63,361 nucleotides of DNA from a virus (lineage: Duplodnaviria; Caudoviricetes). The translations under genes were made by a program, and so were the position numbers. The notes under the pieces were generated by a model. It had not been told where the DNA came from, searched no databases, and saw only the letters and a list, made by a program, of their open reading frames with translations. Location of the stretch: positions 1 to 63,361 of IMG/VR virus record IMGVR_UViG_3300027974_000039. One strand, 5' to 3'. This document shows positions 28,030 to 38,739 of the stretch, in pieces (position 1 is the stretch's first letter; each line of letters starts with the position of its first letter).

Positions 28030-29145
28030 ATGACTAACACAGGTATAAATAACTGGCGTTTCCCAGACTATACAGACACCCCAGACGTCCCCAGAGACCT
28101 TGGAAACCTTGGTACTGACATAGCCGCATACATAGCCTCTCATCCAGGCCCACAGGGTCCTTCAGGCACCTTATCCGTAGGTACTGTAACTACTGTTAGC
28201 GCATCTACTCCAGCATCAGTTGTTAATGTTGGGACATCTTCTAATGCTATATTAAACTTAACATTACCTAGAGGAATAGATGGAATTATTGGTGGCCCAG
28301 GCCCATCAAATGTTTTAGAGATTGGCACCGTTACTAGTGGAGTTACTCCAAATGCTACCATAACTGGAACAAGCCCAACACAAACATTAAATTTAGTTTT
28401 ACCACAAGGTCCTCAAGGAGTGCAGGGTCCGCAGGGTCCGCAAGGCCCAACAACAGTAGCCGTTGGAACTACAACAACAGGTGCTGCTGGAACAAATGCT
28501 TCAGTAACAAATACTGGAACAGCAACAAATGCTGTGTTTGCATTTACAATTCCAAGAGGCGCAACTGGAGCAACTGGCGCACAGGGAATACAAGGCATAC
28601 CTGGTTCTAGCGCAACAATTGATCCAATTCCAACTACAATAAGTTTAAATATACCAATTTCATCTGGCTATGGAGTAAACTCTAATTGGTATCCATTTGC
28701 AAACAATTTGTATTCAATTGGTCAGCCAATTGATGCTGGCTCAGGAGTTACATCAAACAGATTTTGGAAAACAATATATTCTAACACTGGAACTATAAAT
28801 ACTTCTGATCAAAGATTAAAAACGGATGTATCTGTATCTACACTCGGCCTTAATTTTATAAATGATTTAAATCCAGTAAGCTATAAGTTTATTGAAGGTG
28901 GCAAAGAAATAGTTGACGGCGATCTAGTTTCTATTCCTGGATCAAGAACTCATTATGGACTTATTGCACAAGAAGTAAAAGAAGTTTTAGACGCATCTGG
29001 AGTATCTGACTTTGCTGGTTGGGTAAAGATGGACATGTCAGTAGAAGATTCAATGCAAGGACTTAGATATGATCAGTTTATTGCTCCACTTATTAAAGCA
29101 GTACAAGAGCTTACAGCGAGAGTTAAAGCCCTAGAAGAGCAGTAA
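28030..29145 (+). CDS. Collagen-like fibre protein with C-terminal intramolecular chaperone (peptidase S74)
   Basis: GPQG repeats alternating with VGT.TT...A.V.N.GT domains; TSDQRLK...GLIAQEV...LIKAVQEL. Confidence 0.85.
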   Translation: MTNTGINNWRFPDYTDTPDVPRDLGNLGTDIAAYIASHPGPQGPSGTLSVGTVTTVSASTPASVVNVGTSSNAILNLTLPRGIDGIIGGPGPSNVLEIGTVTSGVTPNATITGTSPTQTLNLVLPQGPQGVQGPQGPQGPTTVAVGTTTTGAAGTNASVTNTGTATNAVFAFTIPRGATGATGAQGIQGIPGSSATIDPIPTTISLNIPISSGYGVNSNWYPFANNLYSIGQPIDAGSGVTSNRFWKTIYSNTGTINTSDQRLKTDVSVSTLGLNFINDLNPVSYKFIEGGKEIVDGDLVSIPGSRTHYGLIAQEVKEVLDASGVSDFAGWVKMDMSVEDSMQGLRYDQFIAPLIKAVQELTARVKALEEQ

Positions 29146-29148
29146 GAC

Positions 29149-30954
29149 ATGTCATATAAATATACTGTCTTAAAAGATAATCCACTTTCATTTTTTTTAC
29201 TAGATGAAGTTCGTTCTGGTGCTGCTGGCGTATACAGTAATTTAACATCATTATTTTCAACATACGCAGATTTAAGAGATAATGGGATTTCATATGCAGC
29301 AGTAAGTGGTCTGCCAATAAAAGATTATTCTGGTAATGCAATGGAAGGATATGCAATTGATGCTTCTGCCATGGAAGTATTGCCCATAGTTGGAGCGGGT
29401 ATTAGAGGAACAGAAATTAATGAAAATATAGACCTGTCTTTAAAAGCTTTAGGAATTGCTACTTCTAAAAATCCAGATAGCCCATTTGCATTTGAGATAT
29501 GGTTTAGCCCAGATATATCTGATTCAGAAGAATATTTAATACTTGGAGACGCAACAAATAAAATAGGACTATTTTATAATAATGAAAATGTAATATTTAA
29601 ATGTACAGAACAAGAAAAAATATTTTACAAAGTAACTAAAAATCAAGTTATGCATATAGTAGGTACATTTTCTAAAGACAAAATTTCATTATACATAAAT
29701 GGAGTCCTTGTTTCTGAAAAATTAATCACTTCAGGATTTAAATTTATCAATGAGTCACTTGCAATAAAAATTGGTCCAGCTAATACTGGTAAAAAATTTA
29801 TAGTAGATTCTGCAGCAATTTATAATTATGAAATTGAAAATACAAAAATTTTATCTCATTATATGGTTGGATATAAAGAAACAAAATACTCACAAATTGT
29901 TTATTCTAAAGATGGCACATTATTCTCATTAAATTCTGTGTTTATAAAACCAGATGTATCCTACAGATATCCTGGATTAAAATCTTTAGATTCTATAGTT
30001 TCGGGAGATGCATACTATAATCCAACCTATAAAAGAATAGAGTTTGCACAAACAATATTACCAGAAACAAAAACTTTTATATTTGAAGAAAGGCTTTATG
30101 TTCCTAATCCAGAAACAATTGTTTCTTCTAGAATATCTTATGGCCAAGATGTAGAAAATATATTAGTAGAAGCTAAAGTTCCAGGACAAGAATGGAAGGC
30201 ATGCAAAAATAATTCTGTTTTACCATACTACAACAAAAATGAAAATTTAATTGGGCCAATATTAGATATTCGTGTGACAATGACGACGCTTGATTCTTCT
30301 TCTGATTTGCCTTATTTTGATAAGCTAGAAATTGATTTATATTCTAACAAAGACTTTTATTCTGACAGTGGTGGAGGAAAAGTATATTCGGACTATGACT
30401 ATTCACTTGGATATTACAATTACCCAGTAAGAATGCAAAATAAATATAATGGTCTTTCCATGATTTCAGGACATGGATTCTCTGTAGATCTTGCAATACA
30501 GCCAAGAACCATTGAAATGTTTTTTACCCCAAGAGAAGGAAAAAATGTTTTATTCTCATCAAATGCTGCATCCTTTAAATGGACTAATGCGGGGGCAATA
30601 ACAAAAAATGGAATTAGCGCAATATACGTTAATGGTATAAATAGAACTGCATCTACAAATATATCTGAATTCCTTTTAAGTGGAGTTTCACACCATATAC
30701 TAATAGTCTTAAGCGCAGTTGCTACAAGCATTAAATTTAATCAGAGTCAAAACGGATCAGAATATGGTGGATCTAATACCTATAGCAATTTAGCATTCTA
30801 TGAGACTCCATTTACCGCTTCACAAGCCTTAAAGAATTATAATCTATATTGCTCAGATAATTCATTTACAGTGCAGGACCCAGGTATAAATTTTTCAGAA
30901 AGTGCTAATGGTCAAGACAATACAGCCTACTTCATCAGATCTTTTGACGTATAG
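29149..30954 (+). CDS. LamG/concanavalin A-like domain virion protein
   Basis: Y...VL.DNP..F..LDE start; FAFEIWF, HIVGT....ISLYING, AAIYNY. Confidence 0.75.
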   Translation: MSYKYTVLKDNPLSFFLLDEVRSGAAGVYSNLTSLFSTYADLRDNGISYAAVSGLPIKDYSGNAMEGYAIDASAMEVLPIVGAGIRGTEINENIDLSLKALGIATSKNPDSPFAFEIWFSPDISDSEEYLILGDATNKIGLFYNNENVIFKCTEQEKIFYKVTKNQVMHIVGTFSKDKISLYINGVLVSEKLITSGFKFINESLAIKIGPANTGKKFIVDSAAIYNYEIENTKILSHYMVGYKETKYSQIVYSKDGTLFSLNSVFIKPDVSYRYPGLKSLDSIVSGDAYYNPTYKRIEFAQTILPETKTFIFEERLYVPNPETIVSSRISYGQDVENILVEAKVPGQEWKACKNNSVLPYYNKNENLIGPILDIRVTMTTLDSSSDLPYFDKLEIDLYSNKDFYSDSGGGKVYSDYDYSLGYYNYPVRMQNKYNGLSMISGHGFSVDLAIQPRTIEMFFTPREGKNVLFSSNAASFKWTNAGAITKNGISAIYVNGINRTASTNISEFLLSGVSHHILIVLSAVATSIKFNQSQNGSEYGGSNTYSNLAFYETPFTASQALKNYNLYCSDNSFTVQDPGINFSESANGQDNTAYFIRSFDV

Positions 30955-31035
30955 CCTACAATATATTAAAAATATTGTCACAGACTAGTACAGAAGATGG
31001 ACTTTTGCTAGGAATAATGGTAAACTGGGTTACAT

Positions 31036-31374
31036 ATGGAAATCTTAAATCAAAAAAGCCAAATTATTGAAGAGACACGCCTAGGCATATACGTATGGGA
31101 AATGCCAGATGGCCGATGGATCGGTGACGATGATGGCAATTTTCTTTCTATAACATCTACAAAAGGCAACAGATCTAAAATTGCCGCACTTGCAGATGCT
31201 GTTAGACATTATGGCATTAGCGAAGGCCAACCTAAATTTCTTTCAGGTAAAAGAAAAATTGATGATGAAGAATTTGAACATCAAAACCAAAGACTTAAAT
31301 GGGGACTTACTCCAGATCCACTTGATATTGGAGAATATAAAGACTCAGTCTTAAGAGGGGGAGCAGTAAAATGA
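31036..31374 (+). CDS. Hypothetical protein preceding portal
   Basis: 112 aa ORF coupled (ATGA) to portal; TGGTAAACT upstream. Confidence 0.75.
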   Translation: MEILNQKSQIIEETRLGIYVWEMPDGRWIGDDDGNFLSITSTKGNRSKIAALADAVRHYGISEGQPKFLSGKRKIDDEEFEHQNQRLKWGLTPDPLDIGEYKDSVLRGGAVK

Positions 31375-32954
31375 CACAATTTTTAGAAGATGGACCAGAA
31401 GATACATACGAGGTATCTGTTAAAAATAGCTCAGACCTATTTTCATTTAAGAAAGAAAAAGAACACGTAGACCCATTTGCTATTGGTATAGATGACCTTA
31501 AGAAGGTAAGAGGCCTAGGCACAAATTTTAAGAGAAAAATAAATAGAGATTTTGCAAAATCATTTACTGGTAAAGATGGAGCAGGTACACAACAGAATCT
31601 ATTACAGTCAGCAGTTACTGGATATGCAATGTTTGACCTTGTTCAACCAGTATATAATTTAGAATACCTTTCTCAAATATATGAAGTTTCAACATACAAC
31701 TATGCAGCCATTAATGCTAAGGTAGCAAACATTGTTGGTCTTGGATACTCCTTTATGGAAACAAGAAAAACAAACGATGCAATTGATGCAATAACAGATG
31801 ACAAGCAGTTAGATAGAGCACGTAGAAAGCTTAATAAGTTAAAGCAGGATCTTCAAGATTGGTTAGATGCAACAAATGATGAAGATACATTTACTGAAAC
31901 ATTAATAAAAGTATATACAGACCTAGAAGCAACTGGTAATGGCTACTTAGAGGTAGGTAGAACTACAGGCGGAGACATTGGATATATTGGACATATCCCA
32001 GCAAAAACTATGCGTGTAAGAAGACTTAGAGATGGATTTATGCAATTGCTTTATGGCAAGGCTGTATTCTTCAGAAATTTTGGAGATACAGAAACCATTA
32101 ATCCAATTGGTGATTCAGAAGATAGACCAAATGAAATCATTCATTTAAAGAAATATACTCCAATGAATAATTATTATGGTATCCCAGATATCGTAGCAGC
32201 ACAGATGTCGCTTGCTGGAAATGAATTTGCTGGCAGATATAACCTAGATTACTTTGAAAATAAAGCGGTTCCAAGATATATTATTACGGTTAAAGGAGCA
32301 AAGCTTTCTCCAGAGTCAGAAAGAAAATTGCTTGAATTCTTCCAGGTTGGATTAAAGGGAAAGAATCACAGATCACTATATATCCCTCTACCAGCCGACA
32401 CTCAAGATAATAAGGTTGAATTTAAAATGGAGCCAGTTGAAGCTGGTGCTCAAGAGTCTTCATTTAATATTTATAGACAATCAAATAGAGATGAAATTCT
32501 ATTGGCACACAGAGTTCCAATTAATAAAATTGGTGTCCCAGAAGGTGTATCTTTGGCAAATGCTAGAGATGCAGATAAAACATTTAAAGAGCAGGTTTGC
32601 CGACCAGCTCAAATGAGACTTGAAAAAAGAATTAATTCAATAATTGAAGAAAAGACAGATGCATTAAAAATTAAATTTGAAGAGTTGACTTTAACTGACG
32701 AAGACACCCAAAGTCAAATAGATGAAAGATATTTAAGAATGCAGGTTATTACTCCGAATGAAGTTAGAATTAGAAAAGGAATGATTCCTGTTGACGGCGG
32801 AGATGAAATGGTTGAATTAAAGCCACAGCAAGCTGCTGATCAAAAAGCAACTGCTGGTAAAACTAGGGCCAGGGATTCAGAAAGATCTGCTGCATCTTCC
32901 GATAAAGTCGGAGAAGGCAGAAATGCAAAAGGTGATGGAAAAAAGGTTGACTAA
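31371..32954 (+). CDS. Portal protein
   Basis: D...TGNGYLEV, EIIHLK......YYGIP, YFEN.AVP, I..AHRVP, TPNEVR. Confidence 0.95.
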   Translation: MTQFLEDGPEDTYEVSVKNSSDLFSFKKEKEHVDPFAIGIDDLKKVRGLGTNFKRKINRDFAKSFTGKDGAGTQQNLLQSAVTGYAMFDLVQPVYNLEYLSQIYEVSTYNYAAINAKVANIVGLGYSFMETRKTNDAIDAITDDKQLDRARRKLNKLKQDLQDWLDATNDEDTFTETLIKVYTDLEATGNGYLEVGRTTGGDIGYIGHIPAKTMRVRRLRDGFMQLLYGKAVFFRNFGDTETINPIGDSEDRPNEIIHLKKYTPMNNYYGIPDIVAAQMSLAGNEFAGRYNLDYFENKAVPRYIITVKGAKLSPESERKLLEFFQVGLKGKNHRSLYIPLPADTQDNKVEFKMEPVEAGAQESSFNIYRQSNRDEILLAHRVPINKIGVPEGVSLANARDADKTFKEQVCRPAQMRLEKRINSIIEEKTDALKIKFEELTLTDEDTQSQIDERYLRMQVITPNEVRIRKGMIPVDGGDEMVELKPQQAADQKATAGKTRARDSERSAASSDKVGEGRNAKGDGKKVD

Positions 32955-33007
32955 ACCTAATCAACTGCTATTTGCATTATAGTAGATAAACCATTAAAAT
33001 TAAGCAT

Positions 33008-34351
33008 ATGAACATTGAAAAAGCCCAGTGGTCCACCGACGGCCAAAACATTCATTTAGCTGTCCCATTCACAAAGGTGAATAGGGAGAATAGAACTGTT
33101 TCTGGATTTGCTACACTAGATAACGTAGATCAAACAGGCGATGTTGTAACAGCAGAAGCAAGCATGAAAGCATTTGAAAGTTTTAGAGGCAATCTTAGAG
33201 AAATGCATCAGCCACTAGCTGTAGGTAAAGTAGTTTCTTTTAAACCAGAAACATACTACGATCAAAAGTCAAAAGAGTTTTATAATGGAGTGTATGTTAC
33301 ATCATACATCTCAAAGGGTGCACAAGATACATGGGAAAAAGTTCTTGACGGAACACTTTCAGGTTTCTCAATTGGTGGAAAGATTAAAGAGTCAGACAAC
33401 GAAATGAATAAGTCAACAGGAGAGACTGTAAGATTTATTAAGGATTACGATCTAATAGAATTATCAATTGTTGATTCACCAGCAAATGAAATGTGCAACA
33501 TCATATCAATTGAAAAGATGAACGGTCAACTTGTATTTAAAGGAATGGCTGCAGATGTAGTTACAGAAAATATTTTTTATTGTGAAGAAAGCGACTCTGT
33601 TTTTATCTCGACAGACAAAACATATGCTTCTCCAGTTACTGGAAAAGAAGCTACGCTTATTGGCTGGGTTGAAAGCTCAGACATAAACAAATCAAAAGAG
33701 ATAGATAAGATTCTTGCTTCATTCAAGAAGTCAAGAGTTCCGTTGCCTGGAATACAAACAATAGCAAAACAGGTAAACGTACAAGGAGGTAATGAAGTGG
33801 AAAAACTAAACGTAACAGCTGAAGATTCAGCAGTAGTAACTGCAGAAACAGCAATCGTTGAAGAGACCGTAGTTGCATCTGATGCACCTGCAGTCGAAGA
33901 TGCACCAAACGCTGATAACTCAGTGGAAGATGCAGACTCTGCTTCTGTAGATGTCTTTAAGTCAGTTGATGCTCCTCAAGCAGAAGCTGCAGTTGAAGAA
34001 CCTGATTTTGCAAAAATGTTAGTAGACCTAAAGGGATTCTTTGCAGATACTCTTAGCAAGGCTACAGAGGCAAATGCAGTACAGGTTTCAGAAATCAAAG
34101 AAACTGTAGAGACTTTTAGCAAGAGCGTAAATGCTCAAATTACAGAGTTAGCAGAAAAGCACAGTGCACTTAGTGCCGCTGTCACAGAAATAAAGGGCAC
34201 CATTGATGGTGTTCAAAAGCGTGTAGATGCCGTAGAAGGCGATACAGCAATCAAGAAGTCCTCAGACCTTGGCGGGTCTGTTGCACCAGCAGTAAACAAA
34301 TCAAAATGGAACGGTTCTTTCCTCGGTTCCGTAAACGAAATATTTAACTAG
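33008..34351 (+). CDS. HK97-type prohead protease fused to scaffolding domain
   Basis: VSGFA....VD..GD, EMH, GFSIGG, ELSIVD.PAN; acidic coiled-coil C-terminus. Confidence 0.9.
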   Translation: MNIEKAQWSTDGQNIHLAVPFTKVNRENRTVSGFATLDNVDQTGDVVTAEASMKAFESFRGNLREMHQPLAVGKVVSFKPETYYDQKSKEFYNGVYVTSYISKGAQDTWEKVLDGTLSGFSIGGKIKESDNEMNKSTGETVRFIKDYDLIELSIVDSPANEMCNIISIEKMNGQLVFKGMAADVVTENIFYCEESDSVFISTDKTYASPVTGKEATLIGWVESSDINKSKEIDKILASFKKSRVPLPGIQTIAKQVNVQGGNEVEKLNVTAEDSAVVTAETAIVEETVVASDAPAVEDAPNADNSVEDADSASVDVFKSVDAPQAEAAVEEPDFAKMLVDLKGFFADTLSKATEANAVQVSEIKETVETFSKSVNAQITELAEKHSALSAAVTEIKGTIDGVQKRVDAVEGDTAIKKSSDLGGSVAPAVNKSKWNGSFLGSVNEIFN

Positions 34352-34365
34352 GGTAGGTGAATTAT

Positions 34366-35415
34366 ATGAGCAATGAAACATTAGAAAAAGCAATCGCAGC
34401 AGGCACAACAGCCTCAACTGGTTTTGCATCAACAGCAGGTGGAGCAGGAGTACACACAGCGTCTGAAAACGGCAACGGTGGTCTTCTAAATCCAGAACAA
34501 TCAGCTCGCTTCCTAGACTATATGTTCGATTCAACCGTAATTGGAAAAGTCGCACGTACAGTTCGAATGAAGTCAGACACAACAGAGATTGATCGTATGT
34601 CAGTAGGAGAAAAGCTTGTTAAGCTTGCATCCGAAGGAGACAACACAGGTGTTAACTCAGCTGTAACTTTCTCAAAGATCTCTCTAACAACAAAGAAGCT
34701 TCGCATGGATTGGGAACTTTCAACTGAGTCTCTAGAAGACAATATTGAAGGTGCCGATCTTGAAGATCACATTGCACGTTTGATGGCAACACAAGCAGGA
34801 AATGACATCGAAGATGTTATTCTTAACGGTGATGAGTCACTTTCAAGCGATGCACTATACAAGTCATTTAATGGTGTTGTAAAGAAGGCTAAGACCTCTG
34901 GTCGTGTAGTCGATGCAGCAGGTGCGGGAATTTCCCGTGCTGTATTTAACTCAGCGCTAAAGGCTCTTCCACGTAAGTACAAGCAACGTCGTACAGACCT
35001 TCGCTTCCTTGCAGGATCAAACTTGATCCAAGATTACTTATACTCAAACTCACAGAACATACAGAATGTTACTCCACAAGATATTGCCTCTGGCATTATC
35101 CGTGGTGATGTTCCTGTTCTAGGAGGTCCTGCAGGATATGTAGCTCCATACGCATTTGGTATTCCAATCGTTGAAGTTCCACTTCTTCCAGAGACACAGG
35201 CTGGTACATATGCAAGCCCATCAGGATCACACGGAGATGTCCACTTGACATTCCCTAACAACGTGGTAATTGGTGTAAAGCGTGACGTAACAGTTTACCG
35301 CTTCTTCTGGCCACGTAAGGACTCAATCGAGTACACAATGTATACTCGTGTTGGTGTTCAAATCGAGCAGGCAGACGCTTGGGTCGTTGTAAAGAACGTT
35401 AAGGTTGCTTCCTAA
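34366..35415 (+). CDS. Major capsid protein (HK97 fold)
   Basis: GGLLNPEQ..RF, LTTKKLR, ILNGD, FGIPIVEVP; position after the protease; strong terminator follows. Confidence 0.92.
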   Translation: MSNETLEKAIAAGTTASTGFASTAGGAGVHTASENGNGGLLNPEQSARFLDYMFDSTVIGKVARTVRMKSDTTEIDRMSVGEKLVKLASEGDNTGVNSAVTFSKISLTTKKLRMDWELSTESLEDNIEGADLEDHIARLMATQAGNDIEDVILNGDESLSSDALYKSFNGVVKKAKTSGRVVDAAGAGISRAVFNSALKALPRKYKQRRTDLRFLAGSNLIQDYLYSNSQNIQNVTPQDIASGIIRGDVPVLGGPAGYVAPYAFGIPIVEVPLLPETQAGTYASPSGSHGDVHLTFPNNVVIGVKRDVTVYRFFWPRKDSIEYTMYTRVGVQIEQADAWVVVKNVKVAS

Positions 35416-35434
35416 TTAGGAATTAATCTCGGAG

Positions 35435-35468
35435 AAGCCCCCAATTAATTTTGGGGGCTTTTCATTTT
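35435..35468 (+). terminator. Intrinsic terminator
   Basis: AAGCCCCCAA-loop-TTGGGGGCTT then T-rich tail. Confidence 0.85.
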
Positions 35469-35514
35469 AATTATACAATGCTATAATGGTTTTACCTAGA
35501 AAAAGGAGTAATAA

Positions 35515-35910
35515 ATGTCTTTTGACACATTAAAAGTCGGAGAGCTAAAAGCAATTGCAGAAGATTTTGCAGTTGAAACAGAAGGACTTAAGAACAAGCA
35601 GGACATAATTGCAGCACTATCAGAAGAAGGTGTTACATACGCAGTGTATGCTAAGACACTAAAAGATATAGAAGATGCAAAAGAGGAAATTGAAATCCTC
35701 CCAGTATTTGATCCAAAGGCAGAACGTACAGAAGATACTGTGCTAGTTAGAATGACAAGAGCAAACTTTAGGTATGACATTTTGGGGCACACGTTCACAC
35801 AGGACCACCCATTTGTAGCAATGCATAAAGATGCTGCTCAATCAATTTTTGATATAGAGGAGGGGTTTCGTTTAGCCACACCAAAAGAAGTACAGGATTA
35901 TTACGGCTAA
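35515..35910 (+). CDS. Hypothetical protein with HeH/Rho-N-like N-terminal motif
   Basis: LKVGELKAIA......GLKNKQDIIAAL. Confidence 0.65.
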   Translation: MSFDTLKVGELKAIAEDFAVETEGLKNKQDIIAALSEEGVTYAVYAKTLKDIEDAKEEIEILPVFDPKAERTEDTVLVRMTRANFRYDILGHTFTQDHPFVAMHKDAAQSIFDIEEGFRLATPKEVQDYYG

Positions 35911-35925
35911 TCTTAATCGCAAAAA

Positions 35926-36906
35926 ATGGAAATTATAGTAGGAACAAATGCTCCAATAAAGCAAAGAGTCTTTTGGAAAGGCGGCATATCCAAAGCAGAC
36001 TCATTGCCAACAGTTAAGTTTTATGACATAACTGAAGACCCAGCAGTTGCTCCATCTATTAATCCAGCAACTCTTTTACATACACAAACAGCAGAAGAAA
36101 TAGACACAGACTTTGGAGTATACAGTGTATACCCACCATTGTCTCTTACAAATAGACCTAGATCATTAAAATTGGTTTGGGAATATGAAGTAGAAGACCA
36201 ACCAGTAATAAAAGAGCATAAGTTGTTTGTAGTTAAACCATATACTGATTTAACTCAAGCAGCAGATGCATTAGGATTTGGTTTTGATCAGTCTGACCCA
36301 AATTATAGAACATTTGCAGATCTTACTGCTGCAGAACGCTATGCAAGAAAATTAATTGAAAACTACACGGGTCAACAATTTCATTTATATGATGATGTAA
36401 ATGTTGTATATTCTACTGGTTCAGATACCTTACCTTTGCCATATAAAATTAATGAACTACATGAACTTTATTTAAATGATATGCTTTTAATAGATAACAT
36501 TAATCATATAAATAATTTTGCTTTGCCAATTTTTATATCTGATAGTGGTTTCGGATTAAGAGTGGATAGATCAAAAGCTTTAGATAACATCGTTTACTAC
36601 GCTAATGGAATGGTCCCACCAAGCATTAATGATGCTGGAAGAGGCGTATTTATAAATGGCGGTACTTACAGAGTTGCTGGCAGATATGGATGGGAACATG
36701 TCCCAGACGAAGTAGAGCTTGCATGCATTGAATTAATGAGAGATTTTTTCTCTAAAGATAAAGAATGGCGCAATAAATATATAAAGAGCATACAGACATT
36801 TGATTGGCAGTTCCAATATGATACATCTGCATTTAGCGGAACAGGCAATAACTATGCCGATCAACTATTGCTTCCATATGTAACAAACAAAATGGTAGTT
36901 ATTTAA
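35926..36906 (+). CDS. Head-to-tail adaptor
   Basis: A...IENYTGQQF, YGWEHVPDEVELAC, TGN.YADQLL.PY; synteny. Confidence 0.8.
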   Translation: MEIIVGTNAPIKQRVFWKGGISKADSLPTVKFYDITEDPAVAPSINPATLLHTQTAEEIDTDFGVYSVYPPLSLTNRPRSLKLVWEYEVEDQPVIKEHKLFVVKPYTDLTQAADALGFGFDQSDPNYRTFADLTAAERYARKLIENYTGQQFHLYDDVNVVYSTGSDTLPLPYKINELHELYLNDMLLIDNINHINNFALPIFISDSGFGLRVDRSKALDNIVYYANGMVPPSINDAGRGVFINGGTYRVAGRYGWEHVPDEVELACIELMRDFFSKDKEWRNKYIKSIQTFDWQFQYDTSAFSGTGNNYADQLLLPYVTNKMVVI

Positions 36907-36907
36907 G

Positions 36908-37336
36908 ATGAACAACCTAGTTGATTCTATTTTCAATATGAAGGTAGATGTATATCTGCAAGAAGATTATCAGGACCAGAATACTGGTGCCATTAAGAAA
37001 TCTTGGATATATGAAAAAACTATCCCATGCTTTGCAAAAGGGGTTATATCAAACTCAGCTACTGCAAGAAATGGAGATAGCCAGTCTATATCAACTAAAT
37101 ATAAAGATACTCAGACAATAGAAATTAGAACACAAACAAGACTTACATATAGACAAAAAATAACTAACGTTAAAGATTCTTCTAATAATGTAATTTGGTT
37201 TGAATTAAATTATCCAAATGATACACCAACAGTATTTGAAATTATAAGCTCAACTCCTATTACAGATCCTTTTGGAACACTTATGGCATATAACTCAGTT
37301 GCCAAAAGGTCGGAGAATCAAATAATTGGAGACTAA
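36908..37336 (+). CDS. Head-to-tail stopper/head closure protein
   Basis: Size, beta-rich sequence and synteny. Confidence 0.65.
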   Translation: MNNLVDSIFNMKVDVYLQEDYQDQNTGAIKKSWIYEKTIPCFAKGVISNSATARNGDSQSISTKYKDTQTIEIRTQTRLTYRQKITNVKDSSNNVIWFELNYPNDTPTVFEIISSTPITDPFGTLMAYNSVAKRSENQIIGD

Positions 37337-38120
37337 CGGAGTAGCACTATTACAAGCAGCTTCTGGCCTAGAAAGATTAATGGTCGGTTCAGCTGCCGCT
37401 GGAGTTCTCAAAGACAGTAACGTAGCACAGATATCTGCATTCTTATATTACCAAGCAAATGTAGCAGCAAAGCTTACGTCAAATAAAGCATTTCAAAGAC
37501 TTTTTAAAACTACAATATTTAATCAAATAGACCAAGACTTTGGATTATTCATAGACTCTCAAGCACGTACAAAACCAAAGTCATTACATCATGTATACGA
37601 ATGGAATAAGACTGGGCAAACCACTAGCAGATTATTTAAGTTAAATAGAATGGATTCAACAGGACTTTCATTTAAGATTAACTACGATCTAAAATTATCT
37701 AAGTCTTCAGTTCCTACAAAAAATAGAAAACAAAAAAGCAGATATGTTTTTGCAAATAAAGCTGCGGTCATGGAAAAGGGTATGCCAATTATCATTAGAC
37801 CAAAATCAGCTGAAAGGCTTGTATTTGAGATTGATGGAGAAGTTGTATTTATGCCAAAGGGGAAGTCAGTTACAGTAAGAAGCCCAGGCGGTAGAGCATC
37901 TACTAATCAATTTGACCTTGCGTATAGTAGATATTTTAGCGGACCTATGGTATCTCATTCTATTAAGGCTTCTGGATTTCAAAATATATTTGGGTCTAAG
38001 TTTGAAAAAGCAATGAGAGTTCCTTCTTCTATATCCAAGGTGCGTTATTCTTTTAGTCCAGGTACAATTAGACTACAAGCGGACTCAGCATTAACTGAAC
38101 AATTTGGAGGAGCAGCATAA
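37326..38120 (+). CDS. Neck/tail completion-like protein
   Basis: Basic protein between stopper and terminator; TTG start. Confidence 0.55.
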   Translation: METNGVALLQAASGLERLMVGSAAAGVLKDSNVAQISAFLYYQANVAAKLTSNKAFQRLFKTTIFNQIDQDFGLFIDSQARTKPKSLHHVYEWNKTGQTTSRLFKLNRMDSTGLSFKINYDLKLSKSSVPTKNRKQKSRYVFANKAAVMEKGMPIIIRPKSAERLVFEIDGEVVFMPKGKSVTVRSPGGRASTNQFDLAYSRYFSGPMVSHSIKASGFQNIFGSKFEKAMRVPSSISKVRYSFSPGTIRLQADSALTEQFGGAA

Positions 38121-38626
38121 TGGCAAATTATAATATAGATGCAATGTATGAAATTAGAAAGCACTTATGGCAGGAACTAATATTAAATAGTTTAGTAGAC
38201 CCTAATTCATATTACAGCGACAACTTAGGCGAATCAATAATTCCAATTATCCCAGTCCAACAGGCTCCAGAAATGAATCAATTTTTAAGCGGCAAGACAC
38301 ACATTGTTTATGACAAGATAGGAAGCACCTACGAAGAAAACTGGATGATATGTTGCGAAAAGATATCGTTTACAATCTACTCGGTAGACCATGCCGAAAT
38401 AAATGCTATTAGAAATATGATGATGGATGTATTTAGAAGAATGGACGATTCTGCCAAAGACCTAAATAACTCTAAGTCCACGGATAAAATAATATTTCAC
38501 AACACAATGATTGTAGACATGTCTCCTACAGAGCCATCCGAGGAGCTAGCAGGTTTTCTGGCGGCAGACGTTATATTAGAGGTCAAATACTCTAGGACAG
38601 TTGGAGATAAAGGCAGGTTTGATTAG
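38120..38626 (+). CDS. Tail terminator-like protein
   Basis: Synteny directly before the major tail protein. Confidence 0.6.
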   Translation: MANYNIDAMYEIRKHLWQELILNSLVDPNSYYSDNLGESIIPIIPVQQAPEMNQFLSGKTHIVYDKIGSTYEENWMICCEKISFTIYSVDHAEINAIRNMMMDVFRRMDDSAKDLNNSKSTDKIIFHNTMIVDMSPTEPSEELAGFLAADVILEVKYSRTVGDKGRFD

Positions 38627-38739
38627 TTTGCCTTTTGGTTGATTGTAAGATAAAATTATACCAAGAGGAAATGAGCCTAGCCAGCTTGATTTAAAGTAAG
38701 TCAATATATATATATTTATTTAACAGGAGGTTTTACAAC

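Noticed and set aside
30955-31374. Terminase upstream of the portal
   Set aside because: No Walker A or nuclease motifs; the terminase must lie outside the window
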